This document shows positions 12,001-24,851 of a stretch of 64,000 bases of DNA, piece after piece. The notes beneath the pieces were generated by a model. That model saw nothing but the letters and a program-made list of their open reading frames with translations. It searched no databases and was not told the DNA's origin. The position numbers were made by a program, and so were the translations under genes. Origin of the DNA: Eledone cirrhosa (taxonomy: Eukaryota); assembly GCA_964016885.1 (NCBI GenBank), contig OZ024740.1, positions 428,420,001 through 428,484,000 of the forward strand, in the 5' to 3' direction. Position 1 is the stretch's first letter, and the number at the start of each line of letters is the position of its first letter.

Positions 12001-15000
12001 CTCATGGTCTTCTCTCACTCTCTTGGTCTTCTCTCTCTCTCTCTTGGTCTTCTCTCACTCTCTTGGTCTGCTCTCTCTCTCTCTCTTGGTCTTCTCTCTC
12101 TCGCTTGGTCTTCACTCTCTCTCCATTGGTCTTCACTCACTCTCTTGGTTTTCTTTCACTCTTTTGTGCTTCTCACACTCTCTTGGTCTTCTCTCTCTCC
12201 CTTGGTCTGCTCTCTCGCTCATGGTCTTCTCTCTTTCTCTCTTGGTCTTCTCTCTCTATATTGGTCTTCTCTCTCTCTCTTGGTCTTCTCTCTCTCTCTC
12301 TTGGTCTGCTCTCACTCTCTTGGTCTGCTCTCTCTCTCTTGGTCTGCACTCTCTCTCTTGGTCTTCTCTCTCTCTCTTGGTCTTCTCTCTCTCTCTTGGT
12401 CTTCTCTCACTCTCTTGGTCTTCTCTTTCTCTCTTGGTCTTCTCTCACTCTCTTGGTCTGCTCTTTCTCTCTTGGTCTGCTCTCTCTCTCTTGGTCTGCA
12501 CTCTCTCTCCTGGTCAGCTCTCGCTCTCTTGGTCTTCTCTCTCTCTTGGTCTTTTCTCACTCTCTTGGTCTTCTCTCAACCTCTTGGTCTTCTCTCTATC
12601 TCTTGTTTTTCTATCACTCTCTTGGTCTTCTCTCTCTCTCTTGGTCTTCTCTCTCTATCTTGGTCTTCTCTCTCTCTCTTGGTCTTCTCTCTCTCTTGGT
12701 CTGCTCTCTCGCTCTCTTGGTCTTCCCTCTCTCTCTTGGTCTTCTCTCTCTCTCTCTTGGTCTTCCCTCTCTCTCTTGGTCTTCTCTCTCTCTCTCTTGA
12801 TCTTCTCTCTCTCTCTTGGTCTTCTCTCTCTCTCTTGGTCTTGTCTCTCTCTCTTGGTCTTCTCTCTCTATATTGGTCTTCTCTCTCTCTCTTGGTCTTC
12901 TCTCTCTCTCTCTTGATCTTCTCTCTCTCTCTTGGCCTTCTCTCACTCTCTTGGTCTTCAATCTCTCTCTTGGTCTTCTCTCACTCTCTTGGTCTGCTCT
13001 CTCTCTCTCTATTGGTCTTCACTCCCTCCCTTGGCCTACACTCTCTCTCCATTGGTATTCACTCACTCTCTTGGTTAATTCTGACTCTCTTGGTCTTCTC
13101 TCTCTCTCTCTTGGTCTTCTCTCACTCTCTTGGTCTTCTCTCTCTCTCTTGGTCTTATCTCACTCTCTTGGTCTGCTCTCTCTCTTGGTCTTCTCTCTCT
13201 CTTGGTCTTCACTCTCTCTCCATTGGTGTTCACTCACTCTCTTGGTTTTCTCTCACTCTCTTGGTATTCTCACACTCTCTTGGTCTTCTCTCTCTCTCTC
13301 TTGGTCTTCTCTCACTCTCTTGGTCTGCTCTCTCTCTCTCTCTTGGTCTTCTCTCTCTCGCTTGGTCTTCACTCTCTCTCCATTGGTCTTCACTCACTCT
13401 CTTGGTTTTCTTTCACTCTTTTGTGCTTCTCACACTCTCTTGGTCTTCTCTCTCTCCCTTGGTCTGCTCTCTCGCTCATGGTCTTCTCTCTTTCTCTCTT
13501 GGTCTTCTCTCTCTATATTGGTCTTCTCTCTCTCTCTTGGTCTTCTCTCTCTCTCTCTTGGTCTTCTCTCACTCTCTTGGTCTTCTCTTTCTCTCTTGGT
13601 CTTCTCTCACTCTCTTGGTCTGCTCTTTCTCTCTTGGTCTGCTCTCTCTCTCTTGGTCTGCACTCTCTCTCCTGGTCAGCTCTCGCTCTCTTGGTCTTCT
13701 CTCTCTCTTGGTCTTTTCTCACTCTCTTGGTCTTCTCTCAACCTCTTGGTCTTCTCTCTATCTCTTGTTTTTCTATCACTCTCTTGGTCTTCTCTCTCTC
13801 TCTTGGTCTTCTCTCTCTATCTTGGTCTTCTCTCTCTCTCTCTTGGTTTTCTCTCTCTCTTGGTCTGCTCTCTCGCTCTCTTGGTCTTCCCTCTCTCTCT
13901 TGGTCTTCTCTCTCTCTCTCTTGGTCTTCTCTCTCTCTCTTGGTATGCTCTCTCTCTTGGTCTTATCTCTCTCTCTTGGTCTGCTCTCTCTCTCTTGGTC
14001 TTCTCTCACTCTCTTGGTCTGCTCTCTCTCTCTTGGTCTTCTCTTTCTCTCTTGGTCTTCTCTCACTCTCTTGGTCTGCTCTCTCTCTCTCTCTCTTAGT
14101 CTTTTCTCACTCTCTTAGTCTGCTCTCTCTCTCTCTTGGTCTGCTCTCTCTCTTGGTCTTCTCTCTCTCTTGGTCTGCTCTCTCTCTTGGTCTTCTCTCT
14201 CTCTTGGTCTTCTCACACTCTCTTGGTCTTCTCTCACTCTCTTGGACTTCACTCACTCTCTTGGTCTTCTCTCACTCTCTTGGTCTTCTCTCACTCTCTT
14301 GGTCTTCTCTCTCTCTCTCTTGGTCTTCTCTCACTCTCTTGGTCTTCTCTCACTCTCTTGGTATTCTCTCTCTCTATCTTGGTTTTCTCTCTCTCTTGGT
14401 CTTCTCTCACTCTCTCGGTCCTCTCTCTCTCTCTTTGTCTTCTCTCACTCTGTTTGCCTTTTCTCTCTCTCTCTCTTGGTCTTCTCTCACTCTCTCTCGG
14501 TCTTCTCTCACTCTCTTGGTCTTCCCCCACTCTCTTGGTATCCTCTCTCACTCTTGGTCTTCTCTCTCTCTCTTGGTCTTTTCTCACTCTCTTGGTCTTC
14601 TCTCACTCTCTTGGTATCCTCTCACTCTCTTGGTCTGCTCTCTCTCTCTCTCTCTCTTGGTCTTCCCTATCTCTCTTGGTCTTCACTCTCTCTCCATTGG
14701 TCTTCACTCACTCTCTTGGTTTTCTCTGAGTCTCTTGATCCTCTCTCTCTCTCATGGTCTTCTCTCACTCTCTTGGTCTTCTCTCTCTCTCTCTTGGTCT
14801 TCTCTCACTCTCTTGGTCTGCTCTCTCTCTCTCTCTCTTGGTCTTCACTCACTCTCTTGGTTTTCTTTCACTCTTTTGGTCTTCTCACACTCTCTTGGTC
14901 TTCTCTCTCTCCCTTGGTCTGCTCTCTCGCTCTTGGTCTTCTCTCTCTCTCTCTTGGTCTTCTCTCTATATATTGGTCTTCTCTCTCTCTCTTGGTCTTC

Positions 15001-18000
15001 TCTCTCTCTCTCTTGGTCTTCTCTCACTCTCTTGGTCTTCTCTCTCTCTCTTGGTCTTCTCTCTCTATCTTGGTCTTCTCTCTCTATCTTGGTCTTCTCT
15101 CTCTCCCTTGGTCTTCTCTCTCTCTCTCTTGGTCTTCTCTCACTCTCTTGGTCTGCTCTCTCTCTCTCTTGGTCTGCACTCTCTATCATGGTCTTCTCTC
15201 TCTCTTGGTCTTCTCTCTCTATCTTGGTCTTCTCTCTCTCTCTCTTGCTCTTCTCTCACTCTCATGGTTTCCTCTCACTCTCTTGGTCTTCTCTCACTCT
15301 CTTGGTTTTCACTCTGTCTCTTAGTCTTCTCTGTCTCTCTTGGTCTCCACTCACTCTCTTGGTCTTCTCTCACTCTCTTGGTCTTCTCTCTCTCTCTCTT
15401 GGTCTTCTCTCTCTATCTTGGTCTTCTCTCTCTCTCTTCGTCTTCTCTCACTCTCTTGGTCTTCTCTCTCTCTCTTGGTCTTCTCTCACTCTCATGGTCT
15501 TCTCTCTCTCTTTTGGTCTTCACTCACTCTCCCGGTCTTCACTCACTCTCTTGGTCTTCACTCACTCTCTTGGTCTTCTCTCACTCTCTTGTTCTTCTCT
15601 CACTCTCTTGGTCTTCTCTCTCTCTCTCTTGGTCTTCTCTCACTCTCTTGGTCTTCTCTCACTCTCTTGGTATTCTCTCTCTCTATCTTGGTTTTCTCTC
15701 TCTCTTGGTCTTCTCTCACTCTCTTGGTCTACTCTCTCTCTCTTGGTCTGCACTCTCTCTCTTGGTCTTCTCTCTCTCTCTTGGTCTTCTCTCACTCTCT
15801 TGGTCTGCTCTCTCGCTCTTGGTCTTCTCTCTCACTCTCTTGGTCTTCTCTCTCTATCTTGGTATTCTCTCACTCTCTTGGTCTTCTCTCTCTCTTGGTC
15901 TTCTCTCTCTCTCTTGAATCTTCTCTCTCTCTCTTTGTCTTCTCTCACTCTCTTGGTATTCTCTCTCTCTCTTGGTCTTCTCTCACTCTCTTGGTCTTCT
16001 CTCTCTCTCTTTTGGTCTTCTCTCACTCTCTTGGTCTTCACTCACGCTCTTGGTTTTCTCTCTCTCTCTTCGTCTTCACTCACTCTCTTGGTCTTCTCTC
16101 ACCCTCTTGGTCTTCTCTCACTCTCTTGGTCTTCTCTCTCTCTCTTTGTCTGCTCTCTCTCTTGGTCTTCTCTCTCTCTCTCTTGGTCTGCTCTCTCTCT
16201 CTTGGTCTTCTCTCACTCTCTTGGTCTGTTCTCTCTCTCTTGGTCTTCTCTTTCTCTCTTGGTCTTCTCTCTCTCTCTCTTGGTCTGCACTCTCTCTCTC
16301 TCTTAGTCTGCCTCTCTCTCTTGGTCTTCTCTCTCTCTCTTGATCTGCTCTCTCTCTCTCTTAGTCTTCTCTCACCCTCTTGGTCTTCTCTCTCTCTCTT
16401 GGTCTGCTCTCCTGCTCTTGGTCTTCCCCCTCTCTCTAGGTCTTCTCTCTCTATCTTGGTATTCTCTCACTCTCTTGGTCTTCTCTCTCTCTCTCTTGGT
16501 CTTCTCTCACTCTCTTGGTCTTCTCTCTCTTGGTCTTCTCTCACTCTCTTGGTCTTCTCTCACTCTCTTGGTCTTCTCTCTCTCTCTTGGTCTTCCCTCT
16601 CTCTCTTGGTCTTCACTCACTCTCTTGGTCTGCTCTCTCTCTCTTGGTCTTCACTCACTCTCTTGGTCTTCTCTCTCTCTCTTGGTATGCTCTCTCTCTT
16701 GGTCTTCTCTCTCTCTCTTGGTCTGCTCTCTCTCTCTCTCTCTTAGTCTTTTCTCACTCTCTTGGTCTGCTCTCTCTCTCTCTTCGTCTGCTCTCTCTCT
16801 CTCTTGGTCTTCTCTCTCTCTCTTGGTCTGCTCTCTCTCTCTTAGTCTTCTCTCACCCGCTTGTTCTGCTCTCTCTCTCTTGGGCTTCTCTCTCTCTATT
16901 GGTCATCTCACACTCTCTTGGTCTTCTCTCTCTCTCTTGGTCTGCTCTCTCGCTCTTGGTCTTCTCTCTCTCTCTTGGTCTTCTCTCTCTATCTTGGTCT
17001 TCTCTCTCTCCCTTGGTCTTCTCTCTCTCTCTCTTGGTCTTCTCTCACTCTCCTGGTCTGCACTCTCTCTCTTGGGCTGCACTCTCTCTCATGGTCTTCT
17101 CTCACCCTCTTGGTCTGCTCTCTCTCTTTGGGCTTCTCTCTCTATCTTGGTCTTCTCTCTCTCTCTTGGTCTTCTCTCTCTCTCTCTCTTGGTCTGCTCT
17201 CCTGCTCTTGGTCTTCTCCCTCTCTCTAGGTATTCTCGCTCTATCTTGGTCTGCTCTCTCGCTCTTGGTCTTCTCTCTCTCTCTTGGTCTTCTCTCTCTA
17301 TCTTGGTCTTCTCTCTCTCCCTTAGTCTTCTCTCTCTCTCTTGGTCTTCTCTCACTCTCTTGGTCTGCTCTCTCTCTCTTGGGCTGCACTCTCTCTCATG
17401 GTCTTCTCTCTCTCTCTTGGTCTTCTCTCTCTCTCTTGGTCTTCTCTCACTCTCTTGGTCTTCTCTCTATCTCTTGTTTTTCTATCACTCTCTTGGTCTT
17501 CTCTCTCTCTCTCTTCGTCTTCTCTCTCTATCTTGGTCTTCTCTCTCTCGCTTGGTCTTCTCTCTCTCTCTCTTGGTCTTCTCTCACTCTCATGGATTTC
17601 TCTCACTCTCTTGGTCTTCTCTCACTCTCTTGGTCTTCACTCTCTCTCTTAGTCTTCTCTGTCTCTTTTGGTCTTCACTCACTCTCTTGGTCTTCTCTCA
17701 CTCTCTTGGTCTTCTCTCTCTTGGTCTTCTCTCATTCTCATGGTCTTCTCTCTCTCTTTTGGTCTTCACTCACTCTCCCGGTCTTCACTCACTCTCTTGG
17801 ACTTCACTCACTCTCTTGGTCTTCTCTCACTCTCTTGGTCTTCTCTCACTCTCTTGGTCTTCTCTCTCTCTCTCTTGGTCTTCTCTCACTCTCTTGGTCT
17901 TCTCTCACTCTCTTGGTATTCTCTCTCTCTATCTTGGTTTTCTCTCTCTCTTGGTCTTCTCTCACTCTCTCGGTCCTCTCTCTCTCTCTTTGTCTTCTCT

Positions 18001-19900
18001 CACTCTGTTTGCCTTTTCTCTCTCTCTCTCTTGGTCTTCTCTCACTCTCTCTCGGTCTTCTCTCACTCTCTTGGTCTTCCCCCACTCTCTTGGTATCCTC
18101 TCTCACTCTTTGTCTTCTCTCTCTCTCTTGGTCTTTTCTCACTCTCTTGGTCTTCTCTCTCTCTCTTGGTCTTCTCTCACTCTCTTGGTCTGCTCTCTCT
18201 CTCTCTCTCTTGGTCTTCCCTATCTCTCTTGGTCTTCACTCTCTCTCCATTGGTCTTCACTCATTCTCTTGGTTTTCTCTGACTCTCTTGGTCTTCTCTC
18301 TCTCTCATGGTCTTCTCTCACTCTCTTGGTCTTCTCTCTCTCTCTTGGTCTTCTCTCACTCTCTTGGTCTGCTCTCTCTCTCTCTCTTGGTCTTCTCTCT
18401 CTCTCTTGGTCTTCACTCTCTCTCCATTGGTCTTCACTCACTCTCTTGGTTTTCTTTCACTCTTTTGGTCTTCTCACACTCTCTTGGTCTTCTCTCTCTC
18501 TCCCTTGGTCTGCTCTCTCGCTCTTGGTCTTCTCTCTCTCTCTCTTAGTCTTCACTCTCTATATTTGTCTTCTCTCTCTCTCTTGGTCTTCTCTCTCTCT
18601 CTCTTGGTCTTCTCTCACTCTCTTGGTCTGCTCTCTCTCTCTTGGTCTGCACTCTCTCTCTTGGTCTTCTCTCTCTCTCTTGTTCTTCTCTCTCTCTCTT
18701 GGTCTTCTCTCACTCTCTTGGTCTTCTCTTTCTCTCTTGGTCTTCTCTCACTCTCTTGGTCTTCTCTCTCTCTCTTGGTATGCTCTCTCTCTTGGTCTTC
18801 TCTCTCTCTCTTGGTCTGCTCTTTCTCTCTTGGTCTGCTCTCTCTCTCTTGGTCTGCACTCTCTCTCCTGGTCAGCTCTCGCTCTCTTGGTCTTCTCTCT
18901 CTCTTGGTCTTTTCTCACTCTCTTGGTCTTCTCTCACCCTCTTGGTCTTCTCTCTATCTCTTGTTTTTGTATCACTCTCTTGGTCTTCTCTCTCTCTCTT
19001 GGTCTTCTCTCTCTATCTTGGTCTTCTCTCTCTCTCTTGGTCTTCTCTCTCTCTTGGTCTGCTCTCTCGCTCTCTTGGTCTTCCCTCTCTCTCTTGGTCT
19101 TCTCTCTCTCTCTCTTGGTCTTCCCTCTCTCTCTTGGTCTTCTCTCTCTCTCTCTTGATCTTCTCTCTCTCTCTTGGTCTTCTCTCACTCTCTTGGTCTT
19201 CTCTCTCTCTCTTGGTCTTCTCTCTCTATATTGGTCTTCTCTCTCTCTCTTGGTCTTCTCTCTCTCTCTCTTGATCTTCTCTCTCTCTCTTGGTCTTCTC
19301 TCACTCTCTTGGTCTTCTCTCTCTCTCTCTTGGTCTTCCCTCTCTCTCTTGGTCTTCTCTCTCTCTCTCTTGATCTTCTCTCTCTCTCTTGGTCTTCTCT
19401 CACTCTCTTGGTCTTCTCTCTCTCTCTCTTGGTCTTCTCTCACTCTCTTGGTCTTCTCTCACTCTCTTGGTCTTCTCTCTCTCTCTTGGTCTTCTCTCAC
19501 CCTCTTGGTCTTCTCTCACTCTCTTGGTCTTCTCTCTCTTTCTTGGTCTTACTCACTCTCTTGGTCTTCTCTCTCTCTCTTGGTCTTCTGTCACCCTCTT
19601 GGTCTTCTCTCACTCTCTTGGTCTTCTCTCTCTTTCTTGGTCTTCCCTCTCTCTCTTGGTCTTCTCTCACTCTCTTGGTCTTCTCTCACTCTCTTGGTCT
19701 TCTCTCTCTTTCTTGGTCTTCACTCACTCTCTTGGTCTTCTCTCACCCTCTTGGTCTTCTCTCACTCTCTTGGTCTTCTCTCACTCTCTTGGTGTTCACT
19801 CACTCTCTTGGTCTTCTCTCACTCTCTTGGTCTTCTCTCACTCTCTTGGTGTTCACTCACTCTCTTGGTCTTCACTCACTCGCTTAGTCTCCACTCTCTC
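1..19900. repeat. Large pyrimidine-rich satellite: CTTGGTCTT/CTTGGTCTG spaced by variable (CT)n, unit about 16-26 bp, with kb-scale higher-order duplications
   Basis: Continuous (CT)n-TGGTCTT units from the window start. Identical ORF translations recur at offsets 2325 (3143/5468), 1255 (7137/8392), 5078 (5468/10546) and 5175 (7137/12312). Confidence 0.97.
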
Positions 19901-19943
19901 TATTTAGGGGGGAGTAAGTGCTCCGCCCCGTTGGAGAAACACG

Positions 19944-20598
19944 TATGAGTGTGTGTGTGTGTGTGAGCATGAGTGTGTGTGTGTGTGTGTTAGCATGAGT
20001 GTGTGTGTGTGTGTGAGCATGAGTGTGTGTGTGTGTGTAAGCATGAGTGTGTGTGTATGTGTGTAAATGTGAGACATGTGAGTGTGTGTGAGACAGTATG
20101 TCTGTGTGTGCATGTCTGAGACAAAACGTCTTTGTGTTATGTATGTATGGGTAAATGTGTAGGGTTGTATGTGTTTGTATCTGTATGTGCATATGTGTGT
20201 ATGTGTGTATGAGTATATGTGTTGTATGTGTGTGTTTGTGTCTGTGTATGTGATGTGTGTATGTGTGTGTTTGTGTCTGTGTATGTGATGTGTGTATGTG
20301 TGGTTATTTGTGTATGTGTGTATGTGTGTGGGTGTATGTGTATATGTGTATGTGTAAGTGTGTATGCATGTGTATGTGTGTATGTGTATGTGAATGTGTG
20401 TGTGTGTATATGTGTTTGTGTCTGTTTGTGTCTGTATGTGTGTATGTATTTGTGTATGTGTATATGTGTATCTGTATGTATGTGTAAATGTGTGTGTATG
20501 TGTATATGTTTATATGTGTGTATGTACGTGTGTATGTAATTGTATGTGTGTGTATGTGTGTGTATGTCTGTATGTGTATGTGTGTATGTGTGTGTGTG
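19944..20598. repeat. Degenerate (TG)n/(TATG)n microsatellite
   Basis: Read directly from sequence. Confidence 0.95.
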
Positions 20599-20744
20599 CA
20601 GACAATAGATGATGGATGGGTTCATATGGTTAATGACAGGGAAAATGTTTTTCGTTAGTAAAATACAGAAAAAAACCCGAAACTCGTTCGATTTTTTCCA
20701 CACTTTAACTGATTCCAGGCAACTCGTATCATTTCAGAACTGTT

Positions 20745-21230
<486 letters not shown>

Positions 21231-21751
21231 CAGTGAGCAAAACAGGGAGAATTGAGTTGGGACAAAGAAAACATCAACAATGAACAACCTTCACAATTAT
21301 CATCATCATCATCATCACCACAATGATGATGATCATCATCATCACCCCAGTCTTTAACCCCACCACCACCTCTACCACCTACCTTAACAATATAACCACT
21401 GCCACTAGCCAGAGACGCCATTAACGTTTTCTATTGCAAGCGCCGCAGCTGCTCCTGCTATTATAATTAACTGCATCGAATTCAACTAAAGCTCCAGCCC
21501 CTTACTGTCACCGTGACCCCTAACGAAACCAACCCTCAACACCACCAGGGAGACTTTACCTGATCGATCGGTGACCTGCTTGAAATAAAAAAGCAGGGAA
21601 ATCACCCATAAAAAATATGTTATCGTGTTGAAAAAGGAAGGACATTAAATAATTCTAGAAATACTTCCTCGATAGAAATAACAGGATGGTCATGGTTGGA
21701 ATGTCTGTGATCATGGATCTGTTATTTGTTAGTTGATAAGTGTCAAAATAA

Positions 21752-21930
21752 TTGTTTCTACTTTTGGCACAAGGCCAGCAATTATCCCAGTATATTACTG
21801 GTACTTTATTTATCGACCCCGTAAGAATGAAAGGCAAAGTGAACCTCGGCGGGATTTGAACTCAGAACGCAAAGGGCCATAACTCTATACTACAAAGCAT
21901 GGTGTCTGACGCTCTAACCACTCTACCATT
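21752..21930 (-). mobile_element. tRNA-derived SINE (family S1); its 5' head runs into the 29-bp array
   Basis: Minus strand has the B-box GAGTTCAAATCC, then CGCCGAGGT..ACTTTGCCTTTCAT..GGGGTCGATAAA..GTACCAGT and the tail GCTGGCCTTGTGCCAAAAGTAGAAAC. At least 9 copies occur in the window. Confidence 0.88.
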
Positions 21931-23095
21931 CTATCCGACGTTCTAACCACTCTACCATTCTATCTGACGTTCTAACCACTCTACCATTCTATCCGACGTT
22001 GTAACCGCTCTACCATTCTATCTGACGTTCTAACGACTCTACCATTCTATCTGACTGTCTAACCACTCTACCATTCTATCCGACGTTCCAACCACTCTAC
22101 CATTCTATCCGACGTTCTAACGACTCTACCATTCTATCTGACTGTCTAACCACTCTATCATTCTATCCGACGTTCTAACCACTCTACCATTCTATCCGAC
22201 GTTCTAACCACTCTACCATTCTATCTGACTGTCTAACCACTCTATCATTCTATCCGACGTTCTAACCACTCTACCATTCTATCCGACGTTCTAACCACTC
22301 TACCATTCTATCTGACGTTCTAACGACTCTACTATTCTATCTGACGTTCTAACGAATCTACCATTCTGTCCGACGTTCTAACAACTCTACCATTCTATCT
22401 GACGTTCTAGCCACTCTACCATTCTATCTGACGTTCTAACAATTCTACCATTCTATCTGACGTTCTAACAACTCTGCCATTCTATCTGACGTTCTAACAA
22501 CTCTACCATTCTATCTGACGTTCTAGCCACTCTACCATTCTATCTGACGTTCTAACAATTCTACCATTCTATCTGACGTTCTAACAACTCTGCCATTCTA
22601 TCTGACGTTCTAACAACTCTGCCATTCTATCTGACGTTCTAACAACTCTACCATTCTATCTGACGTTCTAACCACGCTACCATTCTATCTGACGTTCTAA
22701 CAATTCTACCATTCTATCTGTCGTTCTAACAACTCTGCCATTCTATCTGACGTTCTAACAACTCTACCATTCTATCTGACATTCTAACCACTCTACCATT
22801 CTATCTGATATTCTAATCACTCTACCATTCTATCTGACGTTCTAACAACTCTACCATTCTATCTGACGTTCTAACCACTCTACCATTCTATCTGACGTTC
22901 TAGCAACTCTACCATTCTATCTGACGTTCTAACAACTCTACCATTCTATCTGACGTTCTAGCAACTCTACCATTCTATCTGACGTTCTAACAACTCTACC
23001 ATTCTATGTGACATTCTAACCACTCTACCATTCTATCTGACGTTCTAAGAACTATACCATTCTATGTGACGTTCTAACGACTCTACTAGTTTGAC
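21908..23095. repeat. 29-bp minisatellite (GACGTTCTAACCACTCTACCATTCTATCY), 40 full units plus one partial, derived from the SINE head
   Basis: Unit starts at 21908, 21937 ... 23068 (1160 = 40 x 29). The reverse complement contains the A-box-like TGGTAGAGTGG. Confidence 0.95.
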
Positions 23096-23134
23096 AACTC
23101 CAAATAAGTGCCTACTCTTCTCAGAATTACTAAA

Positions 23135-23406
23135 TCTATATATCTAAAACACAGAATGTCTGTCTGTCTGCCTGTCTAACTCCTTAAAACTCGAGAACCA
23201 CCCAACCGATTTTTTCAAACATTACACATGTAATACTCATGGTCGTGTGGGTGTTTGGAGCAAAGAATATTTCAAATATTCAATACTCTAGGGACCGCAT
23301 TAGATAGCTATAACGTCGCGCCCTTATAATATCTGTCCGTATGTCTGGCGGTTTGCATTACGACGTTATAACACTATCTGTGTTTGTGTGGATATATGTA
23401 TATATA

Positions 23407-23439
<33 letters not shown>

Positions 23440-23854
23440 GTGTGTAACGTTTTTTCAAAATATTCATGTCTGCGTTCACAGATTGATTTTTTTTAGTTTC
23501 AGAAGATCCCGTTAAGTGTGAAAGCAGCGATACGTTCATATATATATCGCTATTTCAGAGCACCAATTCTAATTTTCAATTTCTGCTTGACCGGCAGCCG
23601 CTCTGTATAATCAGTTCCTGATTATTACTAGAATTCTATAAGAATCAAACATTCATAATTTTCAGCAAATAGGTGGAGTACTTGGCATTGATAAGTACCA
23701 ATCAGTACGAAACAGAGCTCTGTCAGCTTTATCTCCCCTGTTTGCTGAAAATTTAAAGTAAGTGAGACTGTCACTACTCTAAAACAATAGCGTAAGGTCT
23801 TCGAAATGCTTTTAATTAAGCATACAGTGTATTGCAAAATACACTATATATACA

Positions 23855-23938
<84 letters not shown>

Positions 23939-24374
23939 TGTATTCGTGTACAAATATTTTTGCATACACAATAACTAAATATAAACAAACGTATTTATTT
24001 CACGAGGCTCGATGAGGATAAATATATATCAAATATATAAGAGCCCTAGAGCAAATATTGTTGTCATTGCTGACGAGGCAGAAGGGGATATACACGATTG
24101 GCTGAAGAAGAACGAGACTGTGTTAGTAGTACGACCAACGGCCGCTATCACACCAACAGCAGCAAAAAAAAACAACAAAAAAGAGAGGGAACGCAATTAC
24201 ATGCTTTTGAAAAATCTTAATGGAAAATTATTCGCCTATTCAACCAAGGCGACTTCACTTTTATTAGGACTTCTGCATCAATTGGTGAACATACGACGAA
24301 ACTGTTTCAGAAAGGAGGGATAAACATGCCAATCTATGTTTAGAATCCCGAGCAATACCGGGCCATTCTACTAG
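23135..24374 (+). mobile_element. Non-autonomous Helitron, interrupted by (TA)n tracts and Penelope-like fragments
   Basis: A|TCTATATATCTAAAAC..TGTCTGTCTGTC start; subterminal hairpin CCCGAGCAATACCGGG; ends CTAG|T. Confidence 0.8.
23683..23729 (+). ncRNA. Type I hammerhead ribozyme motif, variant core UUGAUAA (U3:A8), family A
   Basis: TGGCA-TTGATAA-GTAC caatca GTAC-GAAAC-AGAGCTCT-GTC-AGCTT. Stem II is perfect, stem III is the palindrome ACAGAGCTCTGT and the triplet is GUC. Stem I is damaged here but intact in the 40269 copy. Confidence 0.8.
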
Positions 24375-24618
24375 TATTCCTTACAATCTAATACTAACTG
24401 TAACATGGTGATGACGACGAAAATGCCGATGGAACAGTGAATTACCAACACAATAAAATATGTCCGCCGTTATATACGAAAGACAATATAACAGTAACTA
24501 CAATTCTTTACTAAGCCCTCACTAAAAGACTAAAACACTCTTTAAAATACTTGCAACATCATCCAACAATAAACATTTACAAATAAATGATCCAGAAATA
24601 CAGTTTGTATGAATAATA

Positions 24619-24834
24619 GTTTCTGATTGAGGCACAAGCCCGACGAATTGTAGGAAAAGGAAAATCGATGAAATTCGACCGCAGTGCGTTACTGGTACTT
24701 TATTTTATCGACCCAGTAAGGATGAAAGGCAAAGCTAACCTCAATGCGATTTGATCTTAGAACGTAAAGAGACGTAACTCTATGTCGTAAAGCATGTTGT
24801 CTGACGCTCTACCAACACTGCCAATCCACCGCCC
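24619..24834 (-). mobile_element. SINE S1, near full length, with target-site duplication
   Basis: Same body as the other copies; flanked by AGTTTGTAT[G/C]AATAA at 24602 and 24837. Confidence 0.85.
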
Positions 24835-24851
24835 TAAGTTTGTATCAATAA

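Noticed and set aside
1-19948. Very long Leu/Ser-rich plus-strand ORFs (up to 1202 aa) and Arg/Glu-rich minus-strand ORFs
   Set aside because: They are open in all three frames because the satellite lacks A and therefore stop codons; they are pure repeat translations.
21908-23095. CRISPR-like 29-bp repeat
   Set aside because: The units are head-to-tail with no unique spacers, there are no cas genes, and the context is eukaryotic.
24012-24323. 103-aa ORF inside the first Helitron as a captured gene
   Set aside because: No recognisable motif or splice structure, and the length is compatible with chance.
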